Below, in pieces: positions 40,992 to 51,287 of a DNA stretch of 64,000 nucleotides (position 1 is its first letter; every line of letters starts with the position of its first letter). The notes below the pieces were generated by a model. That model saw nothing but the letters and a program-made list of their open reading frames with translations, did no database searches and was not told the DNA's origin. Position numbers and translations under genes: made by a program. This DNA comes from Nitrosopumilus sp. (GTDB taxonomy: Archaea; Thermoproteota; Nitrososphaeria; Nitrososphaerales; Nitrosopumilaceae), in assembly GCA_965205425.1 (NCBI GenBank), contig CBDBGZ010000009.1:1120001-1184000 (forward strand), in the 5' to 3' direction.

Positions 40992-41266
40992 TCAAGATTC
41001 ACAACCAATTCCATCCTTGTCTCCATCAAATCTTTGAGGATCAGGCTACAAAACTGTGAAATTCTTTTCTGGAACATCTCCGCAATCCAAGTCAGGTGAA
41101 TCAACTGGAATACAAAAATCAGGATATGAAGGATCACAGTTCATTGACTCTCGTAATTCACATACAAATCTTTGAGCCCATGAATTATCTGAAAACTCAC
41201 GGGTACTGCAATACCGTGTAGAAATTTCTGCATGTCCATTATACAGTAATGCAGAGTTTAGTGATT
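40992..41266 (-). pseudogene. C-terminal fragment of a thermonuclease with Ca-binding (excalibur-like) tail
   Basis: SLNSALLYNGHA...CDPSYPDFCIP..DLDC..(stop)..FDGDKDGIGCES. Confidence 0.8.
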
Positions 41267-42176
41267 GGTGATTGTAAACCTATTACCACCAACTATTTTT
41301 GAGTAATTATTGGAAAAAACAATCAACATAATTGAGTTATCTAAAATAATTCACAACAAATCAACTGCATTGGAATTTCTCTGCAACCAATTCAAAAAGA
41401 AAAACACAATTCATTGTTCATCATGTAACTCTGAGAATTACTATATTATTTCAAGAGGGAAACTAAGATGCAAAGATTGCAAGACAGATTATAGACCGTT
41501 TGCTGGAACATGGTTTGATATCATCAACATTAATTTTACAAAATGGTTGGCCCTAGTCAAACTATTTGATATTGGGATTAGTGCAAGACGTGCAGCTAGA
41601 GAAGCAGATGTCAGTTATCCAACTTGCACTAAATGCTTTTGATTGCATCAGATATGCCATACTGTATCATCTGGCAGAATCTGACAAGAAACTAAAAGGG
41701 AAAATTGAGGCTGACGAGGCGACTATTTTGGAGGAAAAAGAAAGGGAAATCGTGGCAGAGGTGCCAAGAACAAGACCATCGTATTTGGCATACTGGAAAG
41801 AAAGGGAAAAGTTCACGTTGAGATTGTAAACAATGTCAAGGCCAAGACCCTTTTGAAAAGTACGATTAGAAAAGTCAAGAAGGGAAGTATCGTGTACACT
41901 GACAAGTGGAAGGGATACGATTCACTTGTGTTTAATGGTTACAAGCATCTCTCAATAGACCACAGCAAAATGTTTGGGAGTGGTGATGTGTACATAAATG
42001 GAATCGAAGGGTTTTGGAGTTTTGCAAAAGAGAACATGGCAAAGCATCATGGTGTTAGTCCAGAAAAGTTTTTGTTGTACATCAAGGAAATGGAATGGAG
42101 ATACAACAACAGAGATGGAAGATACTTTCTCATTATTGTTAGATTATGTGTTGGTGGTGAATAATTGATAATCACC
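41267..42176 (+). mobile_element. IS1595-family element with frameshifted transposase
   Basis: 27-bp imperfect TIR GGTGATT..ACCACCAAC; zinc ribbon, IEADE, VYTD.W.GY, NGIEGFWS. Confidence 0.9.
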
Positions 42177-42271
42177 TAATTGATAATCATCAAATGATAA
42201 ATAGAGTCAATTTGTGTTGTATCCCAAAATCAGTAGATAGTATTTTATCTAAGAATATTATATAACTCATA

Positions 42272-43147
42272 ATGCCAAATTTAAGACGAATGTTACCTTT
42301 CTTGGCATTACTTGCAGTTATACCTGCAGCATATGCAGTACCAGGTAATCTAGATGACTTTGAGGAGACACAGTTTTATGAAAAGAATGACATCCTACAT
42401 GCTTTTGATTCAATGCAAAGGCATATCACATTGGATGAAAACTATCATCTTTTCATAAATATAACAAGTGCCAAACTAGATCCTAACACATCACAATTAG
42501 ATATTGCAATTGCCAATGATTTTGCAATCTATAATGATATGTTAATGGATGTTAAAGTTGGCCCTGTAGGGCAAACCAACGAATTAGATGTAGATTATGA
42601 TGGCCAAGTAAGGTACATACTTGATGACTTTGACAATGGTAAGTTTAAAAATCTGTTCTCAGAAGAATCTAATTTTGTTGCCAAAACAAATGAAATAACA
42701 TACACTATATACAATGAAATTGATACGCCAATCTTGAGCGTATTTGGTGTGGATATTGTACCAGTTCATCATGGTGCATCAGGTACCGTTTGCAGTGGTG
42801 GGTTTGATGATCCACATTTGCCAGATTCATCGCCTACAACTGTTACAGGTTTTACATCCTTACATGATGCACAATATGCATTGTACCAGTTAGATTATCA
42901 CCGTGTTCCTGAATATGCAATATTTGGTGGTGAAGCAAGCAGAGATATAGACTTTGCAAAAACTGTAACATCTGGTGCACCTGGTGATTGTAATGATGGT
43001 CCATTCAGAGATCAGGCAATAATAAACACATACACCCATGCAGAATACAAAGTCACAGAAGATGAGCCAAATCCAGAAGTATTGTCATATTGGTGGCCAT
43101 CTTATTGGTGGGGCTTTTATGTCGAATATTGGCATGACAACTTCTAA
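42272..43147 (+). CDS. secreted protein with Trp-rich C-terminal domain
   Basis: signal peptide (AYA-VP); FRDQA..EPNPEVLSYWWPSYWWGFYVEYWH. Confidence 0.8.
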   Translation: MPNLRRMLPFLALLAVIPAAYAVPGNLDDFEETQFYEKNDILHAFDSMQRHITLDENYHLFINITSAKLDPNTSQLDIAIANDFAIYNDMLMDVKVGPVGQTNELDVDYDGQVRYILDDFDNGKFKNLFSEESNFVAKTNEITYTIYNEIDTPILSVFGVDIVPVHHGASGTVCSGGFDDPHLPDSSPTTVTGFTSLHDAQYALYQLDYHRVPEYAIFGGEASRDIDFAKTVTSGAPGDCNDGPFRDQAIINTYTHAEYKVTEDEPNPEVLSYWWPSYWWGFYVEYWHDNF

Positions 43148-43346
43148 ACTACTCCTTTTTCTTTCTTTTTTGCTCATCAGTATAATTTCATTTGTTGTAG
43201 GTGTTTATCATCCTTTGATCTTTGATATTTTGTTTTATGGTACCATTGCAGGCCCATGTGTTTGGCCTTCTGATTACCAGTATATGGGAGGGGATTTAAC
43301 TAAATTGGAGTATGATGATAAACGTGGATGTTATTTGAAACCTTGA
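43134..43346 (+). CDS. small membrane-anchored protein overlapping the upstream gene
   Basis: ATG at 43134; hydrophobic N-terminus; two Cys. Confidence 0.6.
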   Translation: MTTSKLLLFLSFLLISIISFVVGVYHPLIFDILFYGTIAGPCVWPSDYQYMGGDLTKLEYDDKRGCYLKP

Positions 43347-43351
43347 TCATT

Positions 43352-43634
43352 ATAGATCGGTTGCGTAATTGATTCAATTTGATAGAATAATCCAAATTCT
43401 CTCACAACAAGATCCAAAGCTAAGGAATAACCATCTTCAATTATGTTCAATCACACAAAACTAGCAAAAAGACCAAGAACAATTCCTATCCATAACAGGA
43501 ATAACTGTTCCACAGTTTGATTCTCTATCCAAAGAGATTCAAAAACAATACAAAACTACAGAAGAAAAGCGATTGTCAAAACAAAAAAGAAAACGCAGTA
43601 TGGGTGCAGGACGACACTTTGATCACGCCCTCAA
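43352..43634 (+). mobile_element. 5' remnant of an IS5/ISL2-like element
   Basis: FLSITGITVPQFDSL..EEKRL..RKRSMGAGRHF, a typical transposase N-terminus. Confidence 0.65.
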
Positions 43635-43737
43635 CAGTAGATGGAAAAGTAATTCATCGCACACATTCCAAATGATATCTTGCTTTGTCTGAAAACCAAT
43701 CAACGATTATTTTTTCAATGTATATTTTTAGTAGATG
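43635..43737 (-). mobile_element. second right-end remnant of an ISH3-like IS
   Basis: CAGTAGATGGAAAAGTAA; peptide IIVDWFSDKARYHLECVR*. Confidence 0.7.
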
Positions 43738-43741
43738 TATA

Positions 43742-43873
43742 TAGCGAAAAGATAAAGTTCATGAACTAAATAATTTCAAAAAACTAGAAATCAGTTGATC
43801 TTACCTATAGGTAAATACGAATAAACAAATTGAAACACCTAAAAAATAACTCACGAACTTATGCTTCTCGCTA
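43742..43873 (+). mobile_element. 132-bp MITE related to IS630 copies A/B
   Basis: TIRs TAGCGAAAAGATAAAGTTC and TAGCGAGAAGCATAAGTTC; TA duplication; no transposase. Confidence 0.85.
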
Positions 43874-44964
43874 TACCTCGGAGCATAATTCTTTGCAATT
43901 TTTCAAAACAAATAGCAATACTTTTTGATCAGTAGTTAGAAATAATTTCATGGACATCACAAATGACGAGTTATTCCAGGCCTACAAAAAAGAAAAGTAC
44001 GGTAAGAAAAAGGAAAGACTGCATGCAATGTGTAAGATTAAAATCAACGAATCCACAATTGCTGAAACTTCCAACCAAATGTTTTGTACATGCAATTCTG
44101 TAAGGAACTGGCTTGATTCATTTGAAAAATACGGACTAGAGGGCCTGGAGGACCCCCCCTCGTTCTGGTCATCCGCCATTAATCTCACACAAAAAATTAC
44201 AAAAGATAGAGCGTACATTTAAGAAAATTTCAAACGGCATGACTCCAAAGAAACTGATACAATTCATATTTTACAGAACACGCATTACATATCATATCAC
44301 TCACGTGCGTCCTTTGATGCACAAATGGAATCTAAAACCAAAGGTTCCACAAAAGGTACATGTACGAGCAGCATCCAAGGATACATGCCGCAAGTGGAAA
44401 AACCGCATCATTTCACGCATAGAAAAGGCAAAAAAGAAAGGTTTTACAGTATTCATCCAAGACGAGTCTGTATTTGTAGACGATGTACGTCTTGGTAAAA
44501 AATACTGGACAGATACACATCAACGAATGATTGTACGTTGTAGAGGATCGCACCAAAGATTTTTGGTTTATGGAAATGATGATAATCAAAGTTTTTTTAG
44601 ATCGTATGAAAAATTTAATTCAATTGCATTTATGGATTATTTGGAGGCAGCTCGTAGAAAATTTGGAAAAATATTTGTTATCGTCGATAGGGCACCGCAA
44701 CACAAAGCTAATGATGTAAAAAAATATCTGCGTAAAAACAAAGCTGTCAAACTGGCATATCTTCCAAGAGGTTCCCCGCATTTGAGTATGATTGAAGAGA
44801 TTTGGAGACAGTGCAAACATGTTAATGTTGAATCAGAATTTTATGAATCTATTCATGAGATGAGACATACAGTTATGGAATATTTTAGAACGCACAAATT
44901 TAATTTGAATATGTATCAGTATTTTGCAAGAACAATAAATTGAAAAGACTTATGATCTGGGGTA
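43874..44964 (+). mobile_element. third IS630 type, frameshifted transposase (43950-44943)
   Basis: TIR TACCYCRGAKCATAA; QDES, DRAPQH, PRGSPHLSMIE. Confidence 0.9.
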
Positions 44965-45267
44965 TAGGGATAGTCTAATTTTGTAATTTGTTGTATGGAT
45001 GGTATCCCCATCTACAATACTAGTAATTAATTGTGAAACACATTTAGCTTCTCCAATACACCTATGAGAATCAAAATCTGTTTTTGATTGAACTGGTTCG
45101 TTATTGTAAATACCTGTAAACTGTTCTAGTCCAACTTCTTTTGCTGCAACTCCTGTCTTTTCTCCTGTAGCCAAGTCAGTACCTGTTTGTGATTGATAGA
45201 CTAGTGATGCTGCAATAAATAACACAAATGGCACAACAACTAGTGCTGCAATGGATAGAGGTTTCAC
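44965..45267 (-). pseudogene. N-terminal fragment of a secreted thermonuclease
   Basis: TM anchor; SIVDGDTI...IRLSL cut at the IS630 TA site. Confidence 0.8.
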
Positions 45268-45313
45268 AAGGATTTTTTAAAATGTATGAATTTAAGAATT
45301 ACTTTTCATAGTT

Positions 45314-45571
45314 TTATGGTTTGATAGGAGGATTCAATCTTTGTTCTTCATCAATGCGGTCATAACAATCATTCAATTCATCTGGTTGACCCATGTAGAG
45401 TTCTCTGCATTCTTGTTCTAGGTATGTTTTTTGCAGTAATTGCCATGCAGCTTCATCTTGCTCTTCAGATGTTCCAACATTTGGTGGTTCAATAGATGAG
45501 GTGAAAAAAACTGTAAACCCTACACCAACAACTATGGAAATTATTACTACAATAATTATTACTGGATTCAT
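45314..45571 (-). CDS. small membrane-anchored protein
   Basis: N-terminal TM; two Cys. Confidence 0.65.
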   Translation of the reverse strand: MNPVIIIVVIISIVVGVGFTVFFTSSIEPPNVGTSEEQDEAAWQLLQKTYLEQECRELYMGQPDELNDCYDRIDEEQRLNPPIKP

Positions 45572-45870
45572 TTCTCCAACTCTTCAATTTTGGCCTGAAG
45601 CTCTTTGACTTTGTTTCTTAACTCAATGTTTTCGTCTCTTAGAGAATCCCTTTCTTTTGTGAGTATTTCATTAAGATCCATAAAACATACTGCAAAAAAT
45701 CCAAACTTAAGGGTATCACTTGTGACAATCACAAGCGCAGCTATCAGGAACACATCTGTGATTAATACAATCTCTGCAGCCTTTACTTCTGCCACTTTTT
45801 ACTCTTAATCGCTCTTTATCCATTTGTAAAACCCATAACTTACCATGTGGTTACTGCCGGATTTTAATAC

Positions 45871-46230
45871 TTGCAGTCTTGTATGACATTAGAAATGCCA
45901 CAATTCATTGTACTATACTATGCACCACAAGACTCTATGGAAAAATGGAAAAACAAGAGTCCTGAAGAAATGAAAAAAGGAATGGAAGTATGGATGGTAT
46001 GGGCTGAGAAATGCGGTGAGCATCTAGTTGACATGGGAGCTCCATTAGGTATTGGCAAACACATTATTGAATCAGGAAATACTCAAAGCAAAGCCAATGT
46101 TGGAGGATATTCTGTTTTACAAGCAGACAATATGGTAGCAGCTGAAGAATTACTCAAAGGACATCCTCATCTTGGATGGGGAGATGAATATCACATTGAG
46201 GTTCATGAGAAAATGCCTTTACCTTGTTAA
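45871..46230 (+). CDS. YCII-like protein
   Basis: WMVWAE..LVDMGAPLG; GGYSVLQA; IEVHE. Confidence 0.75.
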   Translation: MQSCMTLEMPQFIVLYYAPQDSMEKWKNKSPEEMKKGMEVWMVWAEKCGEHLVDMGAPLGIGKHIIESGNTQSKANVGGYSVLQADNMVAAEELLKGHPHLGWGDEYHIEVHEKMPLPC

Positions 46231-46240
46231 AAATTATTTT

Positions 46241-46399
46241 CTAGCTGTTTTCTAAATCAGGTTCATACTTTTCCCAAATGTTCATTTTCAACCAACATCC
46301 ATTACACATAGTTGGTTTGTCTTCCATCTCTTCAATAGAGATTGCATGATTCTGATGACAAATCTTACAGGTAAAATATTCTGTAATTAACTCTGACAT
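46241..46399 (-). CDS. 52-aa CxxC..CxxC zinc-finger protein
   Basis: manual translation ..FTCKICH..MCNGCW.. Confidence 0.65.
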   Translation of the reverse strand: MSELITEYFTCKICHQNHAISIEEMEDKPTMCNGCWLKMNIWEKYEPDLENS

Positions 46400-46632
46400 G
46401 CAAAAATTTCAAAATCATTGCCTAAAAGCATCACTATACAATATACACTAGACTCCAAATGACTTGGATTTTTTTCACATTTTGGACAATTCAGCCCTCT
46501 AGTTTCAAGACCACATTTTTTACAATATGCATCAATTCCTGCTACCTCACGCGGACCTGTTCTTGATATTTTGACAACCAAAATTATTACTAGTAAAACA
46601 CCGATTGCAATTCCAATGTATGCTAGTACCAT
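46387..46632 (-). CDS. TM plus zinc-ribbon small protein (possible frameshift near the C-terminus)
   Basis: CKKCG..CPKC. Confidence 0.6.
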   Translation of the reverse strand: MVLAYIGIAIGVLLVIILVVKISRTGPREVAGIDAYCKKCGLETRGLNCPKCEKNPSHLESSVYCIVMLLGNDFEIFACQS

Positions 46633-46667
46633 ATGTACAATAGCACTTTATAGAATAAAAGTCTCTT

Positions 46668-46886
46668 TTACACAGTTAACACATACTGGTTTGCCAAAAT
46701 TTTCTTGATATCATCAATGTATTGTCGTTTAGTACTACCTACAAATCTCCAACATGCTTGCATTTCGTCTTCTAGTATTTCATATACCAAATCAATCTCT
46801 TCACCTGCGTCAATTTCTCGTTTAGCAATAACCATTAGTTCTTGCAATCGTAGTTTTTTTCTCCATGTGTGGGCACAATCAGCCAT
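46668..46886 (-). CDS. hypothetical protein
   Basis: 72-aa ORF. Confidence 0.65.
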   Translation of the reverse strand: MADCAHTWRKKLRLQELMVIAKREIDAGEEIDLVYEILEDEMQACWRFVGSTKRQYIDDIKKILANQYVLTV

Positions 46887-46945
46887 AATTTTTCTTGAAA
46901 TTATACTCTAAAAGGATCACTATACATTGAAACTATTTTGTAAAT

Positions 46946-47743
46946 TCAAAGAGAAATATCTTTTCCAGGAATTAGATTGTTCTTTTTTGGAATGTCATAA
47001 ATTTCCAATCCTTCTAAATATTCTAGTTGTTCTGAAATTAATTTTGAATCTCCAAATGATATCAAAATTCTATCATTATGTTTTATTTCATAGAGGTTAA
47101 TGTTTGGAATAGACTTTCCATTTACAGTAATTGTCATAGAATTATCTCTATCAATACAGTTCTGGTTTGGATCTGTTTGACCTCTTAACACAATACATTC
47201 AGATGTTACTTCTAATCCAAATGATGAAAACAGCATATCCAATGGAACATCAGTTGCATGTTTATGAATCAAATATGGATTGTTACTTTCAAAATGAATG
47301 TACTTGCTTTGAAGCTGAAACCGTGGATGTGAAAAATCAATCGCGTCTCCATTAACATAAACTGTAATTGCTGCATGTGCATGCTCACTTCCAAACTGTC
47401 CAACTCCATAATGGTCTGCCATATTTTCCTCTACTGTCTTAAATGCAGTGTTATCCAAAATTTGTGAATCGATCTCATTTTGATTTAGAAAATAATACGT
47501 AAAGATTCCTGTAGCAACTAAGACAAATGCTATTCCAAATATGGCAAGTGATCTCCCTTTTGATTTTGATTCTGGTTTTATTTCAGGTACAAAATATGCC
47601 GAATTACTCTCATCCATCCGTCCTGGAAGGCTAAAATCTGAATCTTCTTTTGGTAAAACCTTCTCAGTCAAGTAATACTCATAATTGATTAATCGTATAA
47701 ATTTCCATGTTTGTAATTTTTCTATCTGTATTCTCCACCACAA
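46946..47743 (-). CDS. membrane-anchored exported protein with His motifs (true start probably downstream)
   Basis: TM; SEHAHA, IHFE, IHKHA. Confidence 0.75.
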   Translation of the reverse strand: MWWRIQIEKLQTWKFIRLINYEYYLTEKVLPKEDSDFSLPGRMDESNSAYFVPEIKPESKSKGRSLAIFGIAFVLVATGIFTYYFLNQNEIDSQILDNTAFKTVEENMADHYGVGQFGSEHAHAAITVYVNGDAIDFSHPRFQLQSKYIHFESNNPYLIHKHATDVPLDMLFSSFGLEVTSECIVLRGQTDPNQNCIDRDNSMTITVNGKSIPNINLYEIKHNDRILISFGDSKLISEQLEYLEGLEIYDIPKKNNLIPGKDISL

Positions 47744-48705
47744 TCTCCAATGACCTCAAAGAGATCATTTGATTTTGCAGTAATGTTACTAATTGATGAA
47801 ATGTCTGATTCATCTAGTTTTACATTAAACACTTTGGCATTATCATCTCTGTGTTCAGCAATACCTAGTCTAGCACCAATGATAACGCCTGCAACTTGAG
47901 GTTTATCTAAAACAAAACGTGTTGCAACATTTGCAATACTACAACTGTGTTTTTGTGCTATATCATTTAGTATAGATAACAATTCTTGGAATAACTGCCA
48001 TCCACCCCATACATCTATCATATTCTTGTATTTTTGTAAACTAGATGTAGTCAGATCACCTCTGTGAGGTTCATCAACTGCTAGATATTTCTCTGAAAAG
48101 AATCCTCCAAGTAAAGTTCCATAAGCTAGTATTTTGATTCCATGTTTTGCAAAAAATGGAGCCATTATTCTATTAGGTCTTTGGTCTAGTATGGAATATT
48201 GAACCTGGTTTGATACTATATTATGTCCGTGTTCTTTCATGATTTTGATTCGCTCAGTATCAAAGTTTGTCAATCCAATGTGTTTGATTTTATTTTCATT
48301 TTGTAATTTTGATAGAACATTTAGTGCATCAAGATAACTTGTATCATTGTAATCCCACCAATGAAACTGGAGTAAATCAATACAATCAGTATTCATTTTT
48401 TGTAATGACTGCTCGATATAGTGAGTTACAATACTATTGCTCATTGGACCTGGATTTGGAACAAATTTAGTTAATGCCTGAAATTTCTCATTATCGATTT
48501 TTTTTCTAAATTGGCCAATTAGTGATTCAGCAGGACCGTAAATGTCTGCCAAATCCCAGGTTGTAAGTCCAGAATTTTGATATTTTTTCATATCTTCAAG
48601 TGCAGAATCTGTTTCAATCTGACCATGACCTCCAGCAACTTGCCACATTCCATTAAGAATTCTACAAATCTCCAAATCTGCAAGTAGAGTTTTCTCAATT
48701 GCCAT
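47722..48705 (-). CDS. aldo/keto reductase
   Basis: DLADIYG, IDLLQFH, IGLTNF, QVQYS. Confidence 0.92.
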   Translation of the reverse strand: MAIEKTLLADLEICRILNGMWQVAGGHGQIETDSALEDMKKYQNSGLTTWDLADIYGPAESLIGQFRKKIDNEKFQALTKFVPNPGPMSNSIVTHYIEQSLQKMNTDCIDLLQFHWWDYNDTSYLDALNVLSKLQNENKIKHIGLTNFDTERIKIMKEHGHNIVSNQVQYSILDQRPNRIMAPFFAKHGIKILAYGTLLGGFFSEKYLAVDEPHRGDLTTSSLQKYKNMIDVWGGWQLFQELLSILNDIAQKHSCSIANVATRFVLDKPQVAGVIIGARLGIAEHRDDNAKVFNVKLDESDISSISNITAKSNDLFEVIGDCGGEYR

Positions 48706-48785
48706 GTACTATGCCATTTTTCTTTCAAAAAAATAGTTTACTAGGATAATATTGAAGAAAAATTGTTCTAAAGTAGAATATTATT

Positions 48786-49346
48786 TTGGATCTAGTAAAA
48801 AGTGCAGAATTATTTGCAAAGAACAAACATGCAGGACAGTTTAGAGCAGATGGAACTACGCCTTATTCAAAACATCTAGATGATGTCATAAACAGACTCA
48901 AAAGTTTGGGTGTAATTGATGAGCATATTCTCTGTGCAGGATGGCTTCATGACACCATAGAGAACACTGATACAACTTTTGATGATTTGTATGAACAGTA
49001 TGAAAGTGAAATTGCAGTTCTAGTATCATCATTATCAAAAGACATGAAATTAACTAGAAAAAAAAGAGCAAGCATATGTCACACAACTCAAAGAGGCATC
49101 TTTTAGTGCAAAATTAATCAAACTTTGTGATATCTCTGCAAACTTGAGTGATTTGAAAAACTATGAAGCATCAAAATCAAAAAAACTGCGACAGGTAAAA
49201 TAAAAAAGGCATTATCTTACTATAATCAAAAATGATCTAGTAGGAAATCCACACTATCCATATGTGCAATCTCTCTTTGAGAGTGCAAATTTAATTTTCA
49301 TAAAGTATGGTCAGAGACCAATATCTATTCAAACAAAGCAAAATTA
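48786..49346 (+). pseudogene. HD-domain (SpoT/Mesh1-like) hydrolase with frameshift and premature stop
   Basis: HAGQFR..PY..H, LHDTIE; IKLCD continues in another frame; TAA at 49201. Confidence 0.8.
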
Positions 49347-49396
49347 GCCTCAAATCTTTTCAATATTCTTAAATTCATTAATTTTTTAGAAAAAAT

Positions 49397-49810
49397 ATGT
49401 CTAAAAATGAAAATTCTGAAGAATTCCATTTGTTAGATCAACTAAACAAAAAATATTTTACAGAACTTGAGCATTCTGTTCCACACATTCAACAGACACT
49501 ATTTGATTTACAAAATGAATGTTACAAGACATGGAGAAATGCAGTTACTGCAAATACTTCTCTTTACAAAGAATTCCTAAGTACTTCTGGTTACAATTTC
49601 ATGTCTTCAAAAGCTGCCAAAGAAATTTTTGAGAATATGAGTGAAGAAGGCCTCAAATTTAGAGAATTATGGAATAAATTTACCATCTCTAATATTGAAT
49701 CTGTAAAGAACAATGCAAAAACATGGAACGATAATGCAGATACATTTGTTGAATTGAACAGAAAAATTATGCATTACTGGTTATCTACATTTAATCCAAA
49801 AACAAACTAA
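49397..49810 (+). CDS. hypothetical helical protein
   Basis: 137-aa ORF. Confidence 0.7.
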   Translation: MSKNENSEEFHLLDQLNKKYFTELEHSVPHIQQTLFDLQNECYKTWRNAVTANTSLYKEFLSTSGYNFMSSKAAKEIFENMSEEGLKFRELWNKFTISNIESVKNNAKTWNDNADTFVELNRKIMHYWLSTFNPKTN

Positions 49811-49911
49811 TCTAATGCTACTACAGCAATAATTACAACTAGACTTCCAATCATTGCCATGATTGCCATCTTGCTTTTTTCACTCCATCCTTCTTTTACG
49901 ATTACCCTCAT
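49807..49911 (-). CDS. 34-aa single-TM peptide
   Basis: manual translation MRVIVKEGWSEKSKMAIMAMIGSLVVIIAVVALD. Confidence 0.5.
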   Translation of the reverse strand: MRVIVKEGWSEKSKMAIMAMIGSLVVIIAVVALD

Positions 49912-50003
49912 GATGATATTCTCCAGATTTTTTGTATTCACTTAAGCCTATTGCTAGTTATCACAGAAATATCTAAATCACAATCATTTGAGAACTAATT
50001 ATC

Positions 50004-51287
50004 TTGGAATTACCACGTGGAATGAAAGACTTTGAGGGTAAGGAAAATGCAAACATTGAACACATTAGGAATCATTTCAAGAAATTATCAAATTTGTATG
50101 GGTTTTCATTTATGGATCCATCTCCGATTGAATTATTATCCACATTAGAGACAAAGTCTGGCCCTGGAATAAGAGATGAGATTTACTATTTCAAGGATAA
50201 AGGAGACAGGGAAGTAGCATTACGATTTGATTTTACAATGGGACTCACAAGATATGCAGCCTCTCAAAAATCAATGAAGCTTCCAGCAAAAATCTCAGCT
50301 TTTGGTGGGGTTTTCAGATATGACGAACCTCAAAAGGGAAGATATCGATACTTTCACCAGTGGGATATCGAAGTTTATGGTAAAGCCAGCCTCGAATCAG
50401 AAGCTGAAATAATAGAAATTACATCTAGATTATTTGATTCACTCTTACTCAAAGATATTACAATTGATGTCAATCATAGAAATCTTGTAGAGTCTTACAT
50501 CAACAAAGTCTTTGATTCAAAAGATCCAGAACTAGTTGCAGATATTCTACGAGCAGTTGACAAAATTGCAAAAAAATCAAAAGAGCAAATTCTAAAAGAA
50601 TTCCAAGAAAAAGGATATGAAACTCAAAAACTAGAAAAAATTCTAGAGTTCTCACAAATCAAAGGTAGCATTGTAGAGGTGGAAAAAGCATTTGACACAA
50701 CACAACTAGAATCCTGGGATGAACTAAAAGCACTAATTGATTCACTGGAGAATAGGGGAGTTTCAAATGTTAGAATTAATTTCAGTATTGTACGAGGACT
50801 AGATTACTATTCAGGAATTGTTTTTGAAGTATTTGATAAAAATTCTACTTTAGGTGCATTAGCTGGTGGAGGAAGATATGATACACTAACTAAAGCATTC
50901 AACAGAGAAGATATTGGTGCAACAGGGGTTGCAGGTGGTGTTGAAAGAATCATCTTAACAATGCAAGAACAAAAAATAATTCCAGAATCTTCACAAAATA
51001 GAGTTGCAGTGTTGTACATTAACGAAGAGATGCAAAAGGTAGCTCACTCTATTGCATCCCTACTTCGACTAAACAATATTTCAACTGACATTGATTTAGC
51101 AGGACGTAACATGAAAAAACAAATGGATATTGCTACAAATTCTAAATTTGCAATAATTGTTGGTCCACAAGAACTTGAAAATGGAAATGTAGTTCTCAAA
51201 GATATGGTAAATGGAACTGAAGGAACTATTTCGCTAGAAAAACTAACTGAAGACCCAAAATCTATTCTTAATTTAGAAACGCTCTAG
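50004..51287 (+). CDS. hisS: histidyl-tRNA synthetase
   Basis: PRGMKD, FRYDEPQKGRYR, RGLDYY, GGGRYD. Confidence 0.97.
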   Translation: MELPRGMKDFEGKENANIEHIRNHFKKLSNLYGFSFMDPSPIELLSTLETKSGPGIRDEIYYFKDKGDREVALRFDFTMGLTRYAASQKSMKLPAKISAFGGVFRYDEPQKGRYRYFHQWDIEVYGKASLESEAEIIEITSRLFDSLLLKDITIDVNHRNLVESYINKVFDSKDPELVADILRAVDKIAKKSKEQILKEFQEKGYETQKLEKILEFSQIKGSIVEVEKAFDTTQLESWDELKALIDSLENRGVSNVRINFSIVRGLDYYSGIVFEVFDKNSTLGALAGGGRYDTLTKAFNREDIGATGVAGGVERIILTMQEQKIIPESSQNRVAVLYINEEMQKVAHSIASLLRLNNISTDIDLAGRNMKKQMDIATNSKFAIIVGPQELENGNVVLKDMVNGTEGTISLEKLTEDPKSILNLETL

